This document shows positions 1 through 4,899 of a stretch of 5,974 nt of DNA, piece by piece; positions within the stretch are counted from its first letter, which is position 1, and the number at the start of each line of letters is the position of its first letter. The translations under genes and the position numbers were made by a program. Source of the DNA: a virus; the IMG/VR virus record IMGVR_UViG_3300020029_000072, positions 1 through 5,974 of that record; one strand, 5' to 3'. The notes under the pieces were generated by a model. The model was not told where the DNA came from and ran no database searches. It was given only the letters and a program-made list of their open reading frames with translations.

Positions 1-121
1 AGAACCACCGGTACCACCGGACATAGTAGCATTAACACCAACGCCAGAGCTACCCAAAACACCAGCAGGAGTAACACCGGCAGCACGATAGCGCTCGAAT
101 ACCTTAGACGGGTCGTTATAT
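1..121. repeat. Left copy of a 121-nt terminal direct repeat; assembly redundancy of a circular genome
   Basis: Hand alignment shows 1..121 (agaaccaccggtaccaccggacatagtagc...ggtcgttatat) identical to 5854..5974. The repeat lies inside an open reading frame that reads through the junction. Confidence 0.93.
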
Positions 122-366
122 GCATTTTCATAGTCAAACTGCTTTTGCCAATTACCATACTCATACTCGGCCTGCTTTTGCATCTGCTCAAGAGCATACT
201 TTTGCTGAAGAGCCATTTGTTTTTGAGTATACTTCCATTGACGACGAGCGTTCATGCCAGCAAATAACTGACCAATGGAACCAGAAATCAAACCAGAAGA
301 TCCGGAAGTAGCAGCACCACGAAGCATCTGACCGCCAAATGTAGCAGCAGCAACAGGAATACCCAT
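1..366 (-). CDS. VP2: Microviridae DNA pilot / minor capsid protein VP2, N-terminal 122 codons; continues across the circular junction into 5853..4900
   Basis: ATG at 366..364, with an upstream in-frame stop (TAA) at 381..379. I checked every codon down to position 1 and found no stop. The frame matches the 4900..5910 ORF (5910 maps to 57). Translation is MGIPVAAATFGGQMLRGAATSGSSGLISGSIGQLFAGMNARRQWKYTQKQMALQQKYALEQMQKQAEYEYGNWQKQFDYENAYNDPSKVFERYRAAGVTPAGVLG.... This is the Gly/Ser-rich N-terminus followed by a Q/K-rich helix and an RxAG(V/L)(T/N)P motif, typical of gokushovirus-type VP2. Confidence 0.85.
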   Translation of the reverse strand, partial: MGIPVAAATFGGQMLRGAATSGSSGLISGSIGQLFAGMNARRQWKYTQKQMALQQKYALEQMQKQAEYEYGNWQKQFDYENAYNDPSKVFERYRAAGVTPAGVLGSSGVGVNATMSGGTGGS

Positions 367-368
367 AA

Positions 369-566
369 CTACGGACGTTTAAAATTACCTATCTGTTCAT
401 ACGTAATAGTTGTTCTTGTGGTATCTCCAGACTTAATAGAGGATGCCGACTGGACAACATAATGTCTCGCCGTACACGATTCGAGGAAAAAAGCCGCAAG
501 GGCAGCCACGATCGCTGCAACCAAAGTCCAAAACTTTTTGGAGTGTAATACATCTTTGATAGTCAT
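369..566 (-). CDS. Small secreted or membrane protein (65 aa) with a lipoprotein-like signal peptide; function unknown
   Basis: ATG at 566..564 gives MTIKDVLHSKKFWTLVAAIVAALAAFFLESCTARHYVVQSASSIKSGDTTRTTITYEQIGNFKRP. This has a basic n-region, a 16-aa hydrophobic core, then L-E-S-C (imperfect lipobox, Cys31 at 476..474). Stop TAG at 371..369 lies 2 nt before the VP2 ATG. The GTG at 608 used by the ORF track sits inside the GC-rich hairpin cluster and adds an Arg-rich leader, so the ATG is preferred. Confidence 0.6.
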   Translation of the reverse strand: MTIKDVLHSKKFWTLVAAIVAALAAFFLESCTARHYVVQSASSIKSGDTTRTTITYEQIGNFKRP

Positions 567-584
567 TTTTGAAGAATTTTTTAA

Positions 585-650
585 GAGGCTACGGCGCCGC
601 GCCCTCACTTCGTTCGGGTCGATTCTCCGAATCGCGAAACGCGTCGCCTC
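585..650. other. GC/CpG-rich cluster of short inverted repeats in the main non-coding region; candidate ssDNA or RNA structure (origin or regulatory)
   Basis: By hand count this stretch is about 68% G+C, in a genome that is visibly AT-richer elsewhere. Hairpins seen: cgattc-tcc-gaatcg (620..634) and cgcg-aaa-cgcg (633..643). An outer pairing joins gaggctacg (585..593) to cgtcgcctc (642..650) with one mismatch. It ends about 18 nt upstream of the ATG at 566 on the coding strand. Confidence 0.45.
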
Positions 651-680
651 GCTACAATGGTGTAAACAATTAAAGAACGA

Positions 681-760
681 TAGAAAAATACGCGGCCTCT
701 CCGGCAGTCGTTACCATTAAACCTTCAGCAATTCACCCACTCTTGCCGAAGGGGTCCGCG
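681..760 (-). terminator. Possible intrinsic terminator or long imperfect hairpin followed by a T-tract on the coding strand
   Basis: The arms 691..706 and 744..760 pair as cgcgg/ccgcg, ccTct/aGggg and cggca/tgccg, about 16 bp with one bulge and one mismatch. The loop is about 36 nt. On the minus strand the stem is followed by TATTTTTCTA (690..681). It lies downstream of the last gene of the VP4-VP1-ORF101 block. The large loop is atypical for a terminator. Confidence 0.3.
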
Positions 761-792
761 CACGTAGCATATATCGTCAAGTAAAGAAAGAA

Positions 793-1098
793 CTATTTTT
801 CTTCAGCGACAGAAATAGATGGCTTAGAATCAGAACCTTTGGGGACGTCAAGAGCAGAGTCAATAAGCTCCTGGCCAACTTCAAGTCCATCAAACTTATC
901 CATACGAGAAAAGCTATTAGGGTCGAAGTTAAGATCGGGATCAAAACTATCGCCCCTATCCCAATCAGACTGGGAAACCACAATATCAGGACGACCAGGA
1001 AGAAGATCAACCGAACCGGAACCATCAAGAACAGACATAATACGCCCACCACGTGAAACGTACTGAGGAGGATCCTCAAGAAGCCAATTAAGTGCCAT
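793..1098 (-). CDS. Hypothetical acidic protein (101 aa); possible scaffolding-type protein
   Basis: ATG at 1098..1096, 12 nt after the VP1 stop. Sequence is MALNWLLEDPPQYVSRGGRIMSVLDGSGSVDLLPGRPDIVVSQSDWDRGDSFDPDLNFDPNSFSRMDKFDGLEVGQELIDSALDVPKGSDSKPSISVAEEK. It is strongly D/E/S/P-rich and not hydrophobic, unlike the off-frame artefacts on this strand. I recognise no family motif. Confidence 0.6.
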   Translation of the reverse strand: MALNWLLEDPPQYVSRGGRIMSVLDGSGSVDLLPGRPDIVVSQSDWDRGDSFDPDLNFDPNSFSRMDKFDGLEVGQELIDSALDVPKGSDSKPSISVAEEK

Positions 1099-1110
1099 AA
1101 TACAAACAGA

Positions 1111-2931
1111 TTAACGATTAGACAAACGAGTAGCGAAAGTTTTGTTAACAAGATTCTTCTTGCGAACGCTATAAGATAGATTCACGAAAAAATTATCCTC
1201 AACCTTCGAAATAAAAGGCGAATTAACTTGAGACATGTCAACAAAAAGAGCCGGAAAATAACGAGACGCGGAACCCGTACCGGGGAGACTTGTCCAGGAG
1301 ATATTTCTCTGCTGTACCCAATAAGAATATAAAGGTAAAGAATGAGTATCACCAAACTGAACGTTTAAGGAACCTAACACCTCATCATAAGATGATCGAA
1401 ATTCGTTAAAGCACGGCTCTCTTGCAATGGTAGAACCAGCGTTGGCGGCAAGTCCGAGCTTGAACCAAGAGACATCCTGATAGCCAATATCGTTATAAAT
1501 GGGGTTAAAGTAATCGCTGCCATTATATTCAAGATAATCAGGAAGAATCGATGCCCAATAATACACAGGTCGAATACTTAACATATCAATCATATAACCG
1601 GGCTCACGAAAATAATACGACTGTGAACGACCAAGTTGTGAATTGAAAGCGATAGCACCACCCTGCTGCCCAAGGGGATTGCCTTCTCCACCTCCTATGG
1701 TAGCTTGAGAAAAATTATTAGTGCCGCTCTGATTCATGACAACCTGAACGTTCACCGTCTGCGAAGCACTAAACAACAACATAGGACGATCAACGTGCTC
1801 GATCCTCGAAGCAAAAAAAGTCTCAAGCCAATCCGAAAAACGATTACCGCCAGCACCAAGGAGGTCTTTATACTCCTGAAGGCGGGAAGCAATAGCCAGC
1901 TGCGGAATAGTAGAAACACCAGACATAGAAACAGAGTCAGAGATACCCACAGGCAACAAACGACTATATCGATCCGGATTGGAAGGTACAACCGCAAGAG
2001 GATGACACTTCGTGAACAAATCAGTAAACTGAATAGTTACGCTATCAGAGGGAAGAGAAACACTCGTCTGACTACTTGGAATCCGAGTAAAAACAAACTG
2101 ACTATGATCAGCGACAGGAAAGCCGTCACCAGAAATAGCAGATGAAGAACCAATGTCAGAATTTACAATCTGCTTAAAAAGGTTCCAGCGATTATAAGTG
2201 TTGTTTGTAGAGTCAACTGCAGCCGGATAAAATTGACTCTCATAATAAGCGTCTAAAAATTCGATATTTCCAAAACACTGACGAAAAATAGTCGCATCAG
2301 AATAAACGTTAATCTGATAACCATCAGACGAGGAATTCGGAGTGATAGTCCACGCAGCAGGCCAAGCATAAGAATACAGGCCCCACTGAGAATACCCGTA
2401 GTAATTACGAACAATATCCCAATAAGCGAGATAAGAATCCGCGTTAACATACGAGCCGTTAGTCATTGAAGCTCTATTCAACGAGACTTGGGAAAGCCCT
2501 ACGCTAGTACCCTGGGGAAGAGTCGGCAAGGAGGCGCGGAGCCAAGCAGAAAGTGAATTCTGAAAGCCGTGATTGTTTGAAAAGATACCAGCACTAGTCA
2601 CCGCAGAAGCAGTAAACGCATTAGGTATCCAATTGAAACTAACATTGTTCATATCAAACTTACTACTATTCGTCCTCATTTCCGGGTGGTAAAGCTGCAT
2701 AGGCACCCAGAAACGATGAAGCCGCACCGTATAGGGATTAAACGACGGCACAGCAAGAGGATTCGATCGAACATCGATGCCCTGGGCAATAGACACGCGA
2801 TCACGAGCGTTGATGAAATCAATACGGACAGGATACAAAATACCGGGAGTACAAGTGAAAGCTTTGGACTCCGGGACATCATACCGTGAATAACCGTTCA
2901 CGACATGAGAAATGAAGCTTTGTTTTGGCAT
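1111..2931 (-). CDS. VP1: Microviridae major capsid protein VP1 (F-protein family), 606 aa
   Basis: This is the longest ORF, with ATG at 2931..2929 and TAA at 1113..1111. The N-terminus (FISHVVNGYSRYDVPESKAFTCTPGILYPVRIDFINARDRVSI, then RLHRFWVPMQLYHPE) and the internal LAYWDIVRNYYG resemble conserved microvirus capsid blocks. Its position directly after VP4 fits the family layout. Confidence 0.93.
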   Translation of the reverse strand: MPKQSFISHVVNGYSRYDVPESKAFTCTPGILYPVRIDFINARDRVSIAQGIDVRSNPLAVPSFNPYTVRLHRFWVPMQLYHPEMRTNSSKFDMNNVSFNWIPNAFTASAVTSAGIFSNNHGFQNSLSAWLRASLPTLPQGTSVGLSQVSLNRASMTNGSYVNADSYLAYWDIVRNYYGYSQWGLYSYAWPAAWTITPNSSSDGYQINVYSDATIFRQCFGNIEFLDAYYESQFYPAAVDSTNNTYNRWNLFKQIVNSDIGSSSAISGDGFPVADHSQFVFTRIPSSQTSVSLPSDSVTIQFTDLFTKCHPLAVVPSNPDRYSRLLPVGISDSVSMSGVSTIPQLAIASRLQEYKDLLGAGGNRFSDWLETFFASRIEHVDRPMLLFSASQTVNVQVVMNQSGTNNFSQATIGGGEGNPLGQQGGAIAFNSQLGRSQSYYFREPGYMIDMLSIRPVYYWASILPDYLEYNGSDYFNPIYNDIGYQDVSWFKLGLAANAGSTIAREPCFNEFRSSYDEVLGSLNVQFGDTHSLPLYSYWVQQRNISWTSLPGTGSASRYFPALFVDMSQVNSPFISKVEDNFFVNLSYSVRKKNLVNKTFATRLSNR

Positions 2932-2940
2932 ATAAGAAAA

Positions 2941-4005
2941 TTAAGTTAATGAAAGGCCATAAAAGTCATACCAAGATTCAATAATATCACGGTCAAGCCA
3001 AGTAGGAGGATCCATAGCAGGAATAGGACCGGCCGAAGCGAATTCACGGAACTTTTTCATCTCCCAACTATACGTCTCTCGACAGGATAAGGAGGAAGAG
3101 GGTAAGTATTTTTTAACACACAAATCAACGACACAACGAACCAAAGAAGACTTGCTAAAACGTGCATAAGCATCAGCAGAACGAATTTCACGAATGAGTT
3201 TATCTCTCTGCTTAAGGTATTTAAGATAATACCGAGGAATAGAATAATTATACGTGACACTCGCCTTAAGGTCCAGATAAGACCAAGACGAAACAGAAGT
3301 AGAAGGGGCAAGGCGATTGCCAAGATAATCACCAACGCCAGCAGATACGAATTTTCTCGTATAACGTCGATGCTCGAGGACTCGAGCCAAAGGTGTAAGT
3401 TTTCCATCTATAAAGAGATTTTGATCGGAGATTTGCGCAGGGTCAAATTTAATTTGCTTAGTAACATATTTGACGACATATCGCGCACGCTTATGCGTGC
3501 CTTTTGCAAGCCATACAAATCCAAGGTCACGAACAGCGGACCTAATTTCATTGTACAAGACATTGGTTCCAAAGAGGAAACCGTGAAAGTGAAGGCGTGG
3601 ATATTGGCCCGTCTCGGGATGGGTGCCAAACTCCTGGAAAAACGCATGCTTAAAGGAGTGACCGATTTTATGTCGAACACGCTCATTCCATCGGCGGATA
3701 AAGCGAGCCGGATCTCGCAAAGCTTCTTCATAATATTTAGGAGAAATAGTTATAGTAATAAAAATCGCCTGTTGATTCTCAATCTTACAGCGGGCAAGTT
3801 CGCGTTCAAGACGAACAAACCAATCATTACGAAGCCTACGAAGGCAATCCTCACATTTGCCACAAGGGACCATTAACCATTGACGAGAAATATCCCAAGG
3901 AGCAAGGGCGAGAGAACTCTTAGCGTAATCGGATATATCCCGGAAAGGAGCATCTTTCCGAAAATAACGCCGATTCCGTATCCATATAGGATGAGAGCAA
4001 GCCAT
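2941..4005 (-). CDS. VP4: Microviridae replication initiation protein VP4 (HUH rolling-circle endonuclease), 354 aa
   Basis: The N-terminus is MACSHP...PCGKCEDCLRR (Cys cluster). Motif 1-like is AIFITITISP. The HUH motif is PRLHFHGFLF, with H-F-H verified at 3591..3583. The two-tyrosine catalytic motif is RYVVKYVTK (Tyr176 and Tyr180, 3480..3466). The ATG at 4005..4003 overlaps the upstream stop as TAATG. Confidence 0.93.
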   Translation of the reverse strand: MACSHPIWIRNRRYFRKDAPFRDISDYAKSSLALAPWDISRQWLMVPCGKCEDCLRRLRNDWFVRLERELARCKIENQQAIFITITISPKYYEEALRDPARFIRRWNERVRHKIGHSFKHAFFQEFGTHPETGQYPRLHFHGFLFGTNVLYNEIRSAVRDLGFVWLAKGTHKRARYVVKYVTKQIKFDPAQISDQNLFIDGKLTPLARVLEHRRYTRKFVSAGVGDYLGNRLAPSTSVSSWSYLDLKASVTYNYSIPRYYLKYLKQRDKLIREIRSADAYARFSKSSLVRCVVDLCVKKYLPSSSLSCRETYSWEMKKFREFASAGPIPAMDPPTWLDRDIIESWYDFYGLSLT

Positions 4006-4214
4006 TAAAAAAGAGATTGAAGTAAATCTATTTTAAAATGAGGATAAGATGCAGACATAGACTGCAAATAACGACACGCAGCATCAAAGTCGGCGAACCA
4101 GGCAAACGTAAAGCGACGCCGACCGCGATAATAACCGACCGACCATCGAAGGGGTTGACCTTCAATGACCGGACAGCTACGAGGACGATCAAAAAAATCC
4201 ATACTACAAAACAT
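4005..4214 (-). CDS. Small hypothetical protein (69 aa from ATG 4214; 71 aa from TTG 4220) with an Arg-rich patch, translationally coupled to VP4
   Basis: Sequence is M(V)MFCSMDFFDRPRSCPVIEGQPLRWSVGYYRGRRRFTFAWFADFDAACRYLQSMSASYPHFKIDLLQSLF. Stop TAA at 4007..4005 shares one base with the VP4 ATG. It is not of the L/F/I/V-only artefact type. The start is ambiguous, with a further ATG at 4202. Confidence 0.5.
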   Translation of the reverse strand: MFCSMDFFDRPRSCPVIEGQPLRWSVGYYRGRRRFTFAWFADFDAACRYLQSMSASYPHFKIDLLQSLF

Positions 4215-4255
4215 TACCAAGGACAGGGCGACGGATTACACGGGTGCCATTCCCC

Positions 4256-4549
4256 TTACTCTTTTTCTTTTTCCGTGACATAACCTTCAGGTAAAATAAA
4301 TACAACAAAATTAGGATAAAGTTCAAAGGAAGCGCCAGCACATAGAACGACCTTCGCAAAATCAGCCATACAATCAGCCTTGATATAAGCCTGCGAACTC
4401 AAAAGGTCCGAAAGACAAACAAAGTCAAGGACTTCGGCGGGGAGAATGTTGACATCGGCAGGCACGAAATGACCGTCGATAATTGAACCAAAAGCAAAAT
4501 CAAAAACTTTTAATTCGGGAGCGATGCGACGAATTGCAATCTGATACAT
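4256..4549 (-). CDS. Hypothetical protein, 97 aa
   Basis: ATG at 4549..4547, non-overlapping and 13 nt after the ORF86 stop. It has balanced composition (MYQIAIRRIAPELKVFDFAFGSIIDGHFVPADVNILPAEVLDF...YPNFVVFILPEGYVTEKEKE). It occupies the position where gokushoviruses carry VP3-type genes, but I recognise no motif. Confidence 0.55.
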   Translation of the reverse strand: MYQIAIRRIAPELKVFDFAFGSIIDGHFVPADVNILPAEVLDFVCLSDLLSSQAYIKADCMADFAKVVLCAGASFELYPNFVVFILPEGYVTEKEKE

Positions 4550-4562
4550 AAGGATATTTAAA

Positions 4563-4823
4563 TTAAAGGTTAAGGAGAGTCAAAATAAGCTTCCATTTAG
4601 CATTGAGAAGATGCCAATATTCTCCTCCTTCGGGAGTCGATCCCCAATGAAAGGCGGAAAGAATATAACAATCGGGAGTATGATCCCCAAGCGATTTAAA
4701 ATAACAAAAAGGCCGAACCTCAGAAAAATTACGTATAAAAGAATCATAGGCGTCATTCCGCCTCAAAAAAGTATAAAAAAGCGAAAGAGTCGAATTGTCG
4801 GAAAATTTGGATGATTTTTGCAT
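4563..4823 (-). CDS. Hypothetical protein, 86 aa, with an aromatic W/F-rich C-terminal motif
   Basis: An internal ATG at 4823..4821 of the 175-aa track ORF gives MQKSSKFSDNSTLSLFYTFLRRNDAYDSFIRNFSEVRPFCYFKSLGDHTPDCYILSAFHWGSTPEGGEYWHLLNAKWKLILTLLNL. This start follows the VP2 stop and the AT-rich gap carrying a promoter-like match. The upstream 89 codons overlap VP2 and the AT-rich gap and look compositional. Confidence 0.5.
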   Translation of the reverse strand: MQKSSKFSDNSTLSLFYTFLRRNDAYDSFIRNFSEVRPFCYFKSLGDHTPDCYILSAFHWGSTPEGGEYWHLLNAKWKLILTLLNL

Positions 4824-4853
4824 AATGAATGAGAGTTTAATAGTTTGACAACA

Positions 4854-4884
4854 CAAATATAAATAAAAGAAATGAATTTCCAAA
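4854..4884 (-). promoter_or_regulatory. Candidate Bacteroidota-type promoter (-33 TTTG / -7 TAnnTTTG)
   Basis: The minus strand reads TTTG (4884..4881), a 19-nt spacer (GAAATTCATTTCTTTTATT), then TATATTTG (4861..4854). It sits in the AT-rich gap 4824..4899 between the VP2 stop and the ATG at 4823. This matches the published Bacteroides consensus TTTG-N19-21-TAnnTTTG. A chance match in T-rich DNA is possible. Confidence 0.4.
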
Positions 4885-4899
4885 AAATAGAAAAAAAAA

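Noticed and set aside
5-21. Short tandem accaccggt/accaccgga duplication as a possible repeat element
   Set aside because: It simply encodes the GGTGGS glycine-rich tract of VP2 and is too short and in-frame to be a separate feature.
1-121. Terminal repeats as LTR/ITR of a mobile element or phage cos/DTR ends
   Set aside because: The repeats are direct and exact, and they sit inside a reading frame that continues across the junction. The gene content is that of a circular ssDNA microvirus, so assembly redundancy is the simplest explanation.
567-608. GTG start at 608 giving a 79-aa version of the small lipoprotein-like ORF
   Set aside because: The extension (MRARRRSLLKNSSK) is encoded by the GC-rich inverted-repeat cluster and begins at a non-ATG codon. 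The ATG at 566 gives a canonical n-h-c signal peptide layout.
1752-3731. Minus-strand off-frame ORFs inside VP1 and VP4 (1752..1997, 2253..2450, 2676..2882, 3057..3407, 3408..3731), and also 5100..5339 inside VP2
   Set aside because: They are nested in strongly supported genes. Most are dominated by L/F/I/V/R because T falls at codon position 2 in this frame of a T-rich strand. This looks like a compositional artefact and there is no independent support.
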